Shown: one piece after another, positions 39,826 through 52,742 of the stretch
How positions within the stretch are numbered: the first letter of the stretch is position 1
Layout of the letters: every line of letters starts with the position of its first letter
Source: Octopus vulgaris
Taxonomy: Eukaryota
Direction of reading: 5' to 3'
Assembly: GCA_951406725.2 (NCBI GenBank)
Contig: OX597819.1
Coordinates: 119,040,001-119,104,000, forward strand
DNA length: 64,000 nucleotides
Program-made: the position numbers and the translations under genes
Notes under the pieces: model-generated
The model's input: the letters and a program-made list of their open reading frames with translations, nothing else
Databases searched by the model: none
What the model was told of the DNA's origin: nothing

Positions 39826-40730
39826 CCTTACTGCTCTTTCCGGGATATTTTATATATTCCTTCATCGGAGACGGTGTGAGAAATATGGTTAAGCAACAGT
39901 TAATTTAGATAAGATATGAAATAGAGAGTGATGTGAAGGAATGAAAATAGATGTGAGATATGCAGGGATATTGAATTTGTAGATCCAATATTTAGGCAGA
40001 ATTGTATACATATAAGATTTAAATACCTTGTGAGTAAATTCCAAGAGTATTTAAAATTGGTCATTCCAAGTATAGGGTTTATACACTGAAATTGAATCGT
40101 GGGTTTATTTAAATTGACGTAAAATTTATAGGGTAATGAGTAAAGGAGTGTCAGATAGAAGGAATGTGGGGTAATAGAGAGACAGGTATACGAGTGTAAA
40201 AAGAAAATGAATGTTAGTTATATAGTGATAGAGCCTAAGTGATGGGGCAGAGAGAGGGTGATAAGGGTAGTAATATGGTGGAATACTATCAATTTATGTT
40301 GACTGACCACTAACTGGTACACATTCCCTATCTTCATCTCTTTACTATCTCTTGCTTTTCATTCTTTTCTTCATTTTTCTTTATTCCTCTCTTCCTTCTG
40401 TCGATTGAACCTTACAAATACATTCTCTACTTTCAGATCACTTTAAATAACCCTCGATTCAATAGCACTGTGGAGAAACTCTATACTTGGAATGACCAAT
40501 TTTAAATAATATTGGATTTTACTCACAAGATATTGGAATCATATATGTATATCATTCTGCCTAAATAATGGATCTACAAATACCATAGTCCTACATATCT
40601 CACGTCTATTTTCATTCCTTCATTTCATTCTCTATTTCATATCTGATCTAAATTAATTATTGCATAACCATTTTCTCACACGGTCACCGATGAAGTGATA
40701 TATAAAATGTCACAAAAACAGTTGTAAATT
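39826..40730. mobile_element. Diverged head-to-head inverted pair with terminal hammerhead-like motifs (11476 family)
   Basis: 39826-~40130 is the reverse complement of ~40430-40730 (AAAATTGGTCATTCCAAGTATAG / CTATACTTGGAATGACCAATTTT). Motifs CCGATGAAGGAATAT...ATATCCCGGAAAGAGCAGTA (-) and CCGATGAAGTGATAT...ATGTCACAAAAACAGTTGTA (+). Confidence 0.75.
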
Positions 40731-40918
40731 CTTCAAAGCGTTCGTTTTTTATATCGTTCTTGAGAATTTTTTTTAATATAAACATGCTTGTATATGAACT
40801 ACGTTGGACTCCTTATTCGCATAATCACCGAAACTGGAGCTTAATTAATGTCTGTCCATAGCACTTACTCAGCATTACCTAACATCTTTAGGTCTTATTG
40901 ACACAATTACTTTTCATG

Positions 40919-41021
<103 letters not shown>

Positions 41022-41242
41022 ACGTCTTGCATAAAAGACAAATAATCGCAAATATAAGTTTATTCTCGTACAATTATGTAAGTAGTATGGTAGTATTATC
41101 ACGGCTCATTAGACTGGTATACACTGTAGTCTATATATGTTTGTGTATGTGTGTCTTTGTGTACATGTGTGTATGATCATGTATAGGTATGTAAGTATAT
41201 GTGTATGTATATACACACACACACACATATCTATATATACGC

Positions 41243-41293
<51 letters not shown>

Positions 41294-41378
41294 TCCTATC
41301 ACCTATACCACTAGCTGGCATATACATGTGCTTACAGTTATCAAGTATTCACTCTGAATTTTTTGTATCTATATATAA

Positions 41379-41434
<56 letters not shown>

Positions 41435-42004
41435 GGGTACATATATGTAAACATATATATATAGTGTGTATATATACATTTTATTTGTGTTTGTGTGGGT
41501 GTTTGTGTAAATTCTGTGCAATGAATGTTAGAATTATTTATATATAAACTATTTTATAAGGGTGCTTTCTGAAGTAAAATTTACCTTTACGTATTATAAC
41601 AGACCCAACAAACACTAGTGCACCACACGCATGCAGATACCTGTTCACACACGTGCGCACACACACACGCACATATACACACATACACACATATAAGAGT
41701 TGAAATATTTTTGAGATATATTGTAAAACCTAAGAGGCCATCACTTGCATTTGTCGCAGAGAAATTTCTTCACTAAAGAAAAAAATGAGTAGAACACTTC
41801 AGGTCAGCTCGAATGAATGCATAACAAGACCATTCAATTCATTTTGTCTAGGATAATCATTCTCAATGTAGAAAAAGAGTACATAGTTATGCGCAGTCTG
41901 ACAGACAGACAGACAGAGAAATGGTCAGAACGATAGTTAGATACTGGTGTATGTACGTATGCATAAGAATATAACATACAACATAAAATAAATAAATAAA
42001 TGTG

Positions 42005-42250
42005 CCTTTTTTTAAAGCCTAGCCAGGCTCATGGTCCCGGCTTCCTGGTTTCTATGGCGTATGTGTCCCCCAGCTGGACGGGACGTCAGTCCATCGCAGC
42101 GTTACTCATTTTTGCCAGCTGAGTGGACTGGAGGAACGTGAAATGAAGTCCTTTGCTCAAGAACACAATGCCTCCCCCGGTCCAGGAATCGAAACCACAA
42201 TCTTACGATCATGATGCTGACACCTGACCACTAAGCCATGCGCCTCCACC
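42005..42250 (-). mobile_element. tRNA-derived SINE
   Basis: Minus: GGAGGCGCATGGCTTAGTGGTCAGG...GGTTTCGATTCC...TGTGTTCTTGAGCAAAGG...CTGCGATGGACTGACGTCCCGTCCAG; related heads at 46020 and ~57795. Confidence 0.85.
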
Positions 42251-42288
42251 AATATACAACATACATACATACATACATACATACATAC

Positions 42289-42360
<72 letters not shown>

Positions 42361-42375
<15 letters not shown>

Positions 42376-42780
42376 AAATATTAGGGAATAAATCCAAATT
42401 TACAGGGAAAAAAATCAGATTTAGGATTAAATCCAATTTTATAGTAAAATATTATATAATATTAATTCGAGACAAAACCACTATTTTGCAAAACAAACAA
42501 GGAAAGACTTAATCAATACATAACATTTTAATATAAAGTAAAGAAACCGCCACTACAATCGTTTCATGTCGTCAAATGACATTCGTCAGGTGGATTTCCG
42601 ATTTTCAAATCAGTTTCAATTGAAACTGATTTGAAAATCGGAAATCCACCTGACGAATGTCATTTGACGACATGAAACGATTGTAGTGGCGGTTTATTTA
42701 CTTTATATTAAAATGTTATGTATTGATTAAGTCTTTCCTTGTTTGTTTTGCAAAATAGTGGTTTTGTCTCGAATTAATAT

Positions 42781-42786
<6 letters not shown>
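42361..42786. mobile_element. Spacer-less 334-bp palindrome (42453-42786) with a left-arm extension, between TA tracts
   Basis: Dyad centre CAA|TTG at 42619/42620; 167-bp arms with one mismatch seen. Confidence 0.93.
42646..42689 (+). ncRNA. Canonical minimal type I hammerhead ribozyme (mirror copy on - at 42550-42593)
   Basis: CCAC CTGACGA ATGTC ATTTGAC GACAT GAAAC GATT GTA|GTGG; all core bases intact. Confidence 0.9.
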
Positions 42787-42831
<45 letters not shown>

Positions 42832-42835
<4 letters not shown>

Positions 42836-43136
42836 GTGCAATGGCCTAGTGGTTAGGGCAGCGGACTTGCGGTCGTAGGATCGAGGTTTCGATTCCCAGA
42901 CCGGGTGTTGTTAGTGTTTATTGAGCGTAAACATCTAAAGCTCTATGAGGCTCCGGCAGGGGAAGGTGGCGATCCCTGCTGTACTCTTTCACCACTCTTT
43001 CTCTCACTCTTTCTACTGTTGGCCTGCTCGCTTAGCCAGCGGGGTGGCGTCATTCGAAGGTTAAAACAATGCGAACGCATTGTGACCAGCGATGTGTAGC
43101 AACATCTGATGGTCTGGTCGGTCATGTGGTCACGTG
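42832..43136 (+). mobile_element. tRNA-derived SINE, tail type 3
   Basis: Same head as 17048; tail GGCCTGCTCGCTTAGCCAGCGGGGTGGCGTC... also found alone at 18328-18442. Confidence 0.88.
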
Positions 43137-43175
<39 letters not shown>

Positions 43176-44006
43176 GTCATACACATTGATAGATACGTGC
43201 ATATATCTGTATTTCTCTCTTTCTCTCTATATATTTATATTTACATACATATACATACATACATTCATGTATATATACACACATAAATAGTTTGGCAGAT
43301 AGATAAATATATGTAACCAAAATCCTAAATCACGAACGTGATGAACCGATGAATCATTTTTCTCGATAAATACTTTGAAATGAATCTGGGAAATTACCTA
43401 CTCCTTAGTAACGAACACTTATAGCTGAGTCGATAAATATTCCATTAATATGTACATCACGTAATATGTTTTGATTAGTTTCGAAGAAAGTTATAACTTT
43501 TCTGTATGTATGTATGTACGCACATCTTTGTGTTTTTTAATGTACATACTATTTTTCTCCTTTTTTGATATATATTTTTATTGATCATTATTTTAGTTTT
43601 GCTATTAGTAGCAATCAATATACTCACGTTTATGCTTGTCATAGGAAATATGACGATACATACAGTATTTGAAAAGTATATTAGAGTTGGGCCTGATAAG
43701 TGTTCACAAATGTATCGGAATTGAGTTAAACGCATAAATATATTAAAAAGCATAAAACATCTGCACAAGCTGTGCATATATATATGCGCACACTTTTTGC
43801 ATCTATGAATGTCTATGTACAAACAGACAAACATAAAACAACACACACACACATTAACACAGACATAGACATATATATGCATACATATGTTTATATTTGC
43901 AGTAATCTAGCTCTAAAATATATGTTACTGTATGATTATATTTGTATAAAGATATTGAGATAGACATTACGAAGAGTGAAAGCGAAGGAGATTGTATCAT
44001 TGGATG

Positions 44007-44097
<91 letters not shown>

Positions 44098-44140
44098 ATA
44101 TCTATCTATTTATCTATCCAGCTATCTATATATCTATCTT

Positions 44141-44171
<31 letters not shown>

Positions 44172-44204
44172 GTCTATCTATCTATCTATCTATCTATCTA
44201 TATA

Positions 44205-44242
<38 letters not shown>

Positions 44243-44253
44243 CATACACACAC

Positions 44254-44299
<46 letters not shown>

Positions 44300-44419
44300 A
44301 CCGTGTTTTACTGGTAAGCTCACAGGCGTGTACATCTGAACTGGTAGCAACTTACGACCACCATATTATTTTGTATTCAAATTGAAATGTAGATCTTATG
44401 ACATTGGAAAGCAATTTAC

Positions 44420-44525
44420 GTCATCTGATGAGGTCGCTGCACTGTGCACATTGCAAGTGATATCAGTACGTCATTCCGCACCCTCCATGGGGCAGTGCAG
44501 AACGAAGCCGAAACGATTGTTATAC
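44420..44525 (+). ncRNA. Type I hammerhead motif with extended stem II
   Basis: GTCAT CTGATGA GG-TCG-CTGCACTG...CAGTGCAG-aa-CGA-ag-CC GAAAC GATT GTT|ATAC. Core intact; stem I weakened. Confidence 0.65.
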
Positions 44526-44577
44526 TAATTACCCTCCATTTCACTCTCCCTCCCTCTCTATCCCTCTCTCTATACTC

Positions 44578-44790
44578 TTACTCTTTACTCTTTTACTTGT
44601 TTCAGTCATTTGACTGCGGCCATGCTGGAGCACCGCCTTTAGTCGAGCAAATCGACCCCGGGACTTATTCTTTGTAAGCCCAGTACTTATTCTATCGGTC
44701 TCTTTTGCCGAACCGCTAAGTGACGGGGACGTAAACACACCAGCATCGGTTGTCAAGCAATGCTAGGGGGACAAACACAGACACACACAC

Positions 44791-44830
<40 letters not shown>

Positions 44831-44998
44831 ATATATACGACAGGCTTCTTTCAGTTTCCGTCTACCAAATCCACTCACAAGGCATTGGTCGGCCCGGGGC
44901 TATAGCAGAAGACACTTGCCCAAGATGCCACGCAGTGGGACTGAACCCGGAACCATGTGGTTGGTTAGCAAGCTACTTACCACACAGCCACTCCTGCA
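44578..44998 (-). mobile_element. SINE (same family as 22897), well-preserved copy
   Basis: Complete head, internal CA/TA microsatellite and TAAAAGAG-type tail. Confidence 0.92.
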
Positions 44999-45000
44999 CC

Positions 45001-45087
<87 letters not shown>

Positions 45088-45878
45088 ACCTATAGTGAGT
45101 TCACTAATGGTTAGGGGTGATGCACTTACGATCACAAATCATGGATTCGTTTCCCGAACCGGGCAGCGCCTCATGATATGTATCGGAACAACTTATTTCA
45201 CGTTGTTCCACAGCTGTACGTGGCGGTCCTTACGACGTCCCCTTTGAGGATTATTGATCTGCTTGCCTAGCCAAAGGGCATTGTGACCACCGATGTATAG
45301 CAACATCTGATTACCTGGTACACCATGTGCTCATGGGACATCACTTTTCTGTTATATATCTACCACTTGTTTCAGACATTACACTACGGTCCTGCTGGTG
45401 CACCACATTGAATTATTTTTTAGTTGAACGAAACGACACTCGTACTTATTTATATTCTTTGAAGCTCTACAAATAAGATATCGGTTTCTTTTCTGAATTG
45501 TTATATTACGGGTCTCACACACATCAGCCCGCTGTCAAGCAGAGATGCGTTACACACGCGCACATACGCACGCATACACACACACACACACACGCGCGCA
45601 CACACACGCACACATGCAACTTCATAGTGGAGTTGAATTAATTAATTCAGTTCAGCCATGAATTTTCATGCTTTTTATATCTTGGTACGAAAGGAACGTC
45701 TGCATGAATAAACATTTTCTTACATATTGTAACATCTTCTCTTCTACATTTTTAACAGAATCTTTTTTATGGGATATCATTTCCATAACTTTACGACAAA
45801 TCATATGCGTGTATATCTATCTATCTAGCTATCTATCTATTTATCTATCTATATATCTATCTATCTACCTCTCTCTCG

Positions 45879-45947
<69 letters not shown>

Positions 45948-46019
45948 CTTTTATTCAATTATTCGTTTAAAACATTTTACTGCGACCATGCTGGAGCACA
46001 GCCTTTTTCGTCAAACAAA

Positions 46020-46345
46020 TGTGAAGGCACAGAGCTCAGTGGTTAGAACGTCGAGCTTATGATCATGAGGTTGTGAATTCGAATCCAAGACCGGATTATT
46101 GTGTTCTTGAGGAAAAGACTGTATTTCACGTTGCTCCAGGTCACTCAGCTCTAGAAATTAGTTGCGACATCACAGGTGCCAAGCTATATCGGCCTTTGCC
46201 TTTCCCTTGGATAAGACTGTTGACGTGGAGAGGGGAGGTCGGTATGTTTGGGCGAATGCTGGACATCCATAAACCGGACATGTGCCTGGGTGGGTAACTT
46301 TCTAGGTGCAAGCGCATGGTCAGTCGTGACCGAAGGCGGTCTCAG
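46020..46345 (+). mobile_element. tRNA-derived SINE
   Basis: GAGCTCAGTGGTTAGAACG...GAATTCGAATCC...TGTGTTCTTGAG...TTTCACGTTGCTCCAGGTCACTCAGCT. Confidence 0.8.
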
Positions 46346-46390
46346 TTCGGCAGCATCTGTAAATATATGTGACAATTATTCGGTAGCCAT

Positions 46391-46451
46391 GATAAAACTC
46401 CGAATTTCGGATGTCGGGGCGGAAACCCACGACGGCATATCTTCAGTTATC
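46391..46451 (-). ncRNA. Hammerhead-like motif, partly decayed
   Basis: Minus: GATAA CTGAAGA ...GTCG...CGAC ATCC GAAA TTCGGAG TT|TTATC; stem I GATAA/TTATC. Confidence 0.55.
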
Positions 46452-46844
46452 GGGCCATCGAAAAATATGCTATGAAAAGGATCATTAAAAAAAGGGAAAC
46501 TACTGTGTGATTGACCGTCATCAAGACAAAAGGAGCTATTAGAATGACTGCTAAGTAACAGGAGGGAGTAAAGGTATAGGGGTAAAAAGTTCATAGTATT
46601 GACGTAAGCGCGCATGTCCATACATCTATACGCGCTTCTGCACACCAACGTACATGCGCCTATATGTATATACGCATCCACCTTCACTTGAAACAAACAC
46701 ATGCTCACCCACACTGGAGAGGACAGATGTGTGAGAGGAGAATGCGCGGAGCGAAGTGAGACTTTGGGTAGATGAGTGGAGGATCAAACTGGGTGAGGGA
46801 AGAGACCAAATATATATATTTGAAAAGTAGTGAAAGGTCCCGCC

Positions 46845-47490
46845 TAATAACAACACTGATGGATATTGAAAAAAGCCTGCCACAATCCTTTGTGAGGGAG
46901 AGAGCAGACAAAGAAGGCTGGGTAATAACTAAATCATTAAGTGAATGACAAAGGCCTTCAGTACTCTGCAAAATAAGACCTCTCTTCCAAAATGATGGAT
47001 CCCTCGCAGATAGACCAACCAGGATAAGTGAGTTACTGATTGACCAGTTCAAAAGTTTCTTTACCACTGCGTTGGAATAAAGTGAAGTAAACGACCCAGT
47101 GGATTTCTTAACCGCCTCAGCTAATATCAGCAAGTCATTTACGATGAATAACATCGACATATACTACAAGACATAGATGAGATGATCCTACCTCGCGGTA
47201 AATGTGCAATTGAGGGTAGCGACATCAAAATCCCCTGTTCACCAAATGTCCCATGTTACAGGAGTCTGTCAATAATAATAATAATAGCGTAGTAAAACAC
47301 CGGTGCCCCAGGATGGCCGAAGCGCCGAGCTGAAACTAAAAAGCAAAATATATGCAGATGAGGGCGCTGCATCGAACTGCCTCATGCACCAAATGGCAAT
47401 TGCTAAAAAGCATTCGTGAAGTAAAATCATGTAGCCACACCAAATGGCGGTGCCCCAGCATGGCCACAGCTTGTGAGCTGAAACTAGATA
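46845..47490 (+). mobile_element. Internally deleted CR1-type LINE relic with two 3' tails
   Basis: 46850-47180 is homologous to ~9097-9465 and 47185-47270 to ~10900-10990; tails at ~47300-47340 and 47445-47487. Confidence 0.8.
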
Positions 47491-47525
47491 AAATAACATA
47501 AATAAAATAAATAATAAATAAATAA

Positions 47526-47569
<44 letters not shown>

Positions 47570-47655
47570 AATCCAAACGGGAAACAAAAAAACAACAACA
47601 ATGGAACAATTACAGTATTATTATTAATAGGCGCTCAGGAAATGGAAGCAGGGAG

Positions 47656-47690
47656 GTATGACGTTTCGAGCGGAGCTCTTCGTCGGAAAC
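47656..47690 (-). ncRNA. Minimal hammerhead motif with CCGACGA core
   Basis: Minus: GTTT CCGACGA A GAGC TCC GCTC GAAACGTC|ATAC; same stem II as 11269. Confidence 0.62.
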
Positions 47691-47859
47691 ATAAAGAAGG
47701 AAGAGAGGAAAGAAAGATCCCAGAGCGGGCAACAGGGATAGAGAAAAAAAAACGACTGGTGTTTACGAGTTGCACATGGTGAAAGGCGGATGTTTACGAT
47801 AACAAGAGCAAAGTAGGTTTTTAAAGGCAAAAGAGTGGAGACAAGGTTGGTAACGCAAC

Positions 47860-50580
47860 AGATGTGTGTGTTTGTGTGAGTGTGTGCGTGTGCGTGTGTG
47901 TATGTGTGTGTGTGAGGCGAGATAAAAAAACAAAAAATATATGTATGTGTTAGTGTGTGCGTCTGTGTGTAGGCGTGTGAGGTAGGGCGAGACAGTGGTC
48001 AGCTTAGCAGACAAAGGTCAGTAGTAAGAAAAAGAAGGAAGGAGGAAGGGAGGGAGGGGATGGGGTGGGGGCGTATGTAGCGTGCCAGCGTGTGTTGAGT
48101 AGTAGTGTGTGTGTGTGTCCAGTGTCGTGGTAGTATTAATGGCGAGTAGATTGAATGTGTGTAAGAGTAATGTATATATTTAAGCAATGTGTGTATATGT
48201 GTGCGCGTGTGTGTAACGAAAAAGGGGGGGGTTAAGGAAAAAGGACTCCAGCTGAGGGGAAGATGGAAGAGTGGTCCCGCGGAGACGGGCGTGGGAAAAC
48301 CCAACGACAAGCGACGGTCCCAGGAACGGGCGGGAGGTCTCGTCGGGTCCAAGAGCGAGGTGCATGCGGCGCGTATGCGTGCGCGAACCGGCGCAAGCGC
48401 GTGTGTGCGCGCGCCTGCGAGTATGCGCGTCAGTATGTATGTGTGTGGATGTGTGAGTGTGTCTGTGTGTATGTCTGGGTGGCAGTGTGTCCGATGACTG
48501 TATGTGAGTATGTGTGTATATATGTGTGTGCATAGATGTATGTCCGTGTGTGTGTGTGTGTATGTGTATGAGTGTGTATGTATGTACGTGTGGGTGTGGA
48601 GAAGTGTGTGTATGTGCATGTGTGTGCGCGTACATACAGGTGTGTGAGTGAGTGTGTGTGTGTATGTATGTGTGAGTGTGTATGTATGTGTGTGTAGGAT
48701 GCATGTATGTGTATGGGTGTATGTATGCGTGTGTGTATGTATGTATGTGTACGTGCGTGTGTGTGTATGCGTGTAGGTGTGCGCGTGTGCATGCATGCAT
48801 GCATGTGCGTATGTGTGTGTGTGCATGTGTGTGGGTATATATGTATGTGCGTATATGTGTGTGTATGTGCGTACATGTGTGTGTGTATGCATGTGTGTGT
48901 ATGTAGGTGTGTAGGCGTGTGTGTATAGGTGTATGTATGTAAGTATGTATGGGTGTGTCCGTGTATGTGTGTGTATGTATGTGTGTGTATGTAGGTGTGT
49001 GGGCGTGTGTATATGTGTGTGTATGTAGGTGTGTGGGCGTGTGTATATAGGTGTATGTGTGTATGTCTGGGTGTGTCCGTGCATGTTTGTGTGTGTGTGT
49101 GTATGCATGTGTATGTAGGTGTGTGTGTACGTGTGTAATGTATGTGTGTATGCGTGTGTATGCGTGCGTGTGTGTATGTAGGTGCGTGTGTATGTGTGTG
49201 GGAGTGTAGGTGTGTGTGTGTGTGTGTGCGTGTTTATGTTGGTGTGTGCGTATGTGAGTGTGAGTGTATGGGTGTTTGTCATGCATGTGTGTGCGCGTGC
49301 AGGTGAGTGTGTGTGTAAGTATGTGTGTGCGCGTGCAGGTGAGTGTGTGTGTATGTGTGTATGTCTGTGTGTATGTATGTGCGTATAGGAGTATGTAGGT
49401 ATGTGTGTGTGTATGTATATGGGTGTATGTATGTATGTGTGTGCATGTGTATAAGTATATGTGTGTGTGCGTATGTGTGTGTATGTGTATGTGTGTGTGT
49501 TTATGTATGTGTGTATGTATGTGTGTAGGCGGGTGTGTGTAGATGTATGTATGTATGGGTGTGTGTCGTGTGTGTTTGTGTGTGTGTGTAGGTAGATGTG
49601 TGTGTCTGAGTGAGGGTATGGCTGTGTAGGTGTGTGTGTGTATGAATGTAAGTGTGTGTGTATACAAGTGTAATGTATGTATGTAGGTGTGTGTGTGTGT
49701 GTATGTGTACGTGTGCATGTGTATGTGTGTGTGTATGCGTGTGAGTGTGAGTGTATGAGTGTATGTCTGTGTGTGTGTATGTCTGAAGTAGGTATGTGTG
49801 TGTATGTATGTATGTGTGTGTGTGTGCAGGTATGTGTGTGTGTGTGTGTGTGAGTAGGTGTGCGTGTATGTATGTGGGTAGGGATGCATGCGAGTGTGTG
49901 GGTAGGTATGCATACATACGCATGCGCACATCCGAAGCAAGCCCACACACACGAAGCGCGCTCACGCACACAACGCACAAGCAGTACAACGCAAGCCCAA
50001 GGGGCCGAGGAAGCCCCCAGTGCGCGCCAAGGCTCGCTAGCGCAAAGGCCCTCGAACGCCCCGCTACGCGGGAACCGAGGATCCATCAGCCAAAACCGGA
50101 AAGCAGAAAAGAGAGGGGGCTGCCTGGATGCAAAAAGGTGTATGTGTGTGTGCATTCAGTGTAAGGGTGTGCATGTGTGGGTATGTATGTATGTATGTGC
50201 CTACATGTATGTGTGCATGTGTGTGTGTGTGAAGTATGTACGTGCGGTGTGTGTGTGTGAGTGTGTGTGTATGTATGTGCGTATGTATGTGTGTGTGTAT
50301 GTGTGTATGTATGTCTGTGTGTGTGTGTGTGTAAGTATGTATGTGTGTGTGTATGTATGTATGTGTGTGTGTATGTGCATGTTGGTTTGTATGTTAGTGT
50401 GTGCAAGTATGTCTGTAAGTGTGTGTGATTAAATGTGTGAATGTATGTACGTAGATGGGTCTACGTATGTGTGTGTGTGAACAGGCGTGTGGGAGGTAGG
50501 TGGGTGGGTGTGTGTGGGTGGTTTGTCCGGGGAATATATATATGGGTATGTATGTATGTATGTATGTATGTATATATATA
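47860..50580. repeat. ~2.7-kb degenerate TG/TATG low-complexity array with GC-rich islands
   Basis: Direct inspection; produces the spurious 718-aa and 590-aa His/Thr ORFs. Confidence 0.92.
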
Positions 50581-50799
50581 TATGCGGCAAATAAGAAAGT
50601 AGAGAAGATATATAAAATACTCTTCACTTTCCTATTTGCCGTATAATTCAAGGGTAAACCACTTTTCACTTCCACCCATATATAATGCTGAGTTACGTTT
50701 TTGGCATGCAATAACTAGTACATGGGTATGGATAAATGGGTACACTACCAGTAGTATATTGGAGAGGTACTCTCCCTGAGTTGATATCTCAAATCCTAG

Positions 50800-50836
<37 letters not shown>

Positions 50837-50896
50837 GTTTAAGTATTTAAGTATTTCTTGTACAAATTTTTTTATGTGAAGTCGTGTGTTGAAACA

Positions 50897-51247
50897 GATA
50901 TTGTTATATTTAGGAATGGTCATTTTGCCAGTTTAGCCAATAAAAACACATGCACTATATATTTGGTGTTATTTGGCCGAAATAAGATTAAGATTAATGT
51001 AAAAAATAAATAACAGATGAGGGCAGCTGCATCGAACTCTCTCATGCATCAGATGGCGTTTGCTAAAAAGCATCCGTGAGGTAAACCCGTGTAGCAAACC
51101 AAATGGCGGTGCCCCAGCATTGCCACAGCTCATTAGCTGAAACTGGAAAAATCAAAAATCAAATCAAACACTGAAGCAAAATAACACCAAATATATAGTG
51201 CGTGTGTTTTTATTGGCTAAACTGGCAAAATGACCATTCCGAAATAT

Positions 51248-51254
<7 letters not shown>
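50897..51254. repeat. ~78-bp inverted repeats enclosing a short CR1-tailed insert
   Basis: ATATTGTTATATTT...TTTGGTGTTATTT (50898-50974) is mirrored at 51178-51254; insert 51013-51148 matches 47355-47487. Confidence 0.8.
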
Positions 51255-51293
<39 letters not shown>

Positions 51294-51346
51294 TTATTAA
51301 TAATATATCTATGAATTATATATATGCATGATTAGATACATATATG

Positions 51347-51383
<37 letters not shown>

Positions 51384-51384
<1 letters not shown>

Positions 51385-52225
51385 TAGCAGAATTGCCCAG
51401 CGTTGCTCGGGGCTGAATTGCTTGAAAGTACTGTTAATGATTGCACTCAATTATGATGATTATTCAGGCAAATATTGATATAGGTTTACGGTGGGAGATA
51501 AGGACTTAACGATCAAACGTTTGCCATTGCATTGTTTTGGGGGAACCAAATTTCTGATGAGCATTATAGGGGCACCAACTTTAAGTTTCAGAAAGTGTGA
51601 TGGTAGTCCGGGGTGCTCAAAGGAATTGAGTACCTCTATTGGATAGTTGATGACGTCCCCTGGGTCAGGAGTTGTATCGATAGACTGATATACATAGACT
51701 TCCCCAGGAATGAGTTTTAGCATTTCATCATTAATATGGTGAACAGTTTTATTCCTCGGGGCCAGTATAGCCTTTTTGCCAATCCAATCCATATTCTGAT
51801 AATTAGCTTGTAGATCTGGGAACACTGCATCTCTGAGATCAGACGGCGTCTTAACAATGGTACAAATGGAATCGATGGCAATATTACTATTTTCATCCCC
51901 TGGTATTTTGCCTTCGCCAAGTGCAAGGAGGGTGTGAGGAAATGCTGCTGTGATATTACGTCGCATATGAGCACGCATATTCGTGTGAAGTTTGAGAGTT
52001 ACTTCCCTTTATTAAAAAAAATATGCATTAAAATGGGAAAAAATGATGGTAAATTATTTGTAAAATCATAGCCTCATCGTAGACGCGCGCTAATACCCAG
52101 AAGGGCTCGATATTAATCACGACTATAAGATACCCGGTTTTGGTGAAACTGCATCGCAAAATGTGGGAGTAGTTAGGAATCTAAATCGGAGTAGACAGAC
52201 ACACAAACTTTCTTTTATATATAAA
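51384..52225 (-). mobile_element. Helitron derivative carrying a PIF1-type helicase fragment
   Basis: ORF 51460..51978 (AILAPRN...LNSFEHPGLPSHFLKLKVGAPIMLIRNL...CNGKRLIV); 3' hairpin CCCGAGCAACGCTGGG followed by CTAG; 5' part shared with the 55314 and 57341 copies. Confidence 0.92.
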
Positions 52226-52742
52226 TATTTTCGTCCTAAAAAACTTTGTATGGATTGAATGGTTACCTCTATGGAAATATATACACGCACATTATACATA
52301 CATGTGTGTATAGATGAATATATAAATACATTTAAATATCTATATACACTTTTGGGCGATCTTTCTGTTTCTTAGAGATAACTTTAGATCTTATTTTCGT
52401 CCTAAAAAACTTTGTATGGAGTGAATGGTTACCTCTATGGAAATATATACACACACGTTATACATACATGTGTGCATAGATGAATATATAAATACATTTA
52501 TATATCTATATACACTTTTGGGCGATCTTTCTGCTACTTGGAGATAACTTTAGATCTTATTTTCGTCCTAAAAAACTTTGTGCGGAGTGAATGGTTACGA
52601 CTATGGAAATATATACACACATTATACATACATCTGTGTATAGATGAATATATAAATACATTTAAATATCTATATACACTTTTGGTCGATCTTTCTGCTA
52701 CTTGGATATACTTTAGGTCTTATATTCGTTCTAAAAAACTTT
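52226..52742. repeat. Tandem repeat, ~166-bp unit, 3.1 copies
   Basis: TATTTTCGTCCTAAAAAACTTTG recurs at 52226, 52392, 52558 and (diverged) 52721. Confidence 0.92.

Noticed and set aside
47999-50155. 718-aa and 590-aa His/Thr-rich ORFs
   Set aside because: Open in several frames because CA-rich low-complexity sequence lacks stops; no domain.
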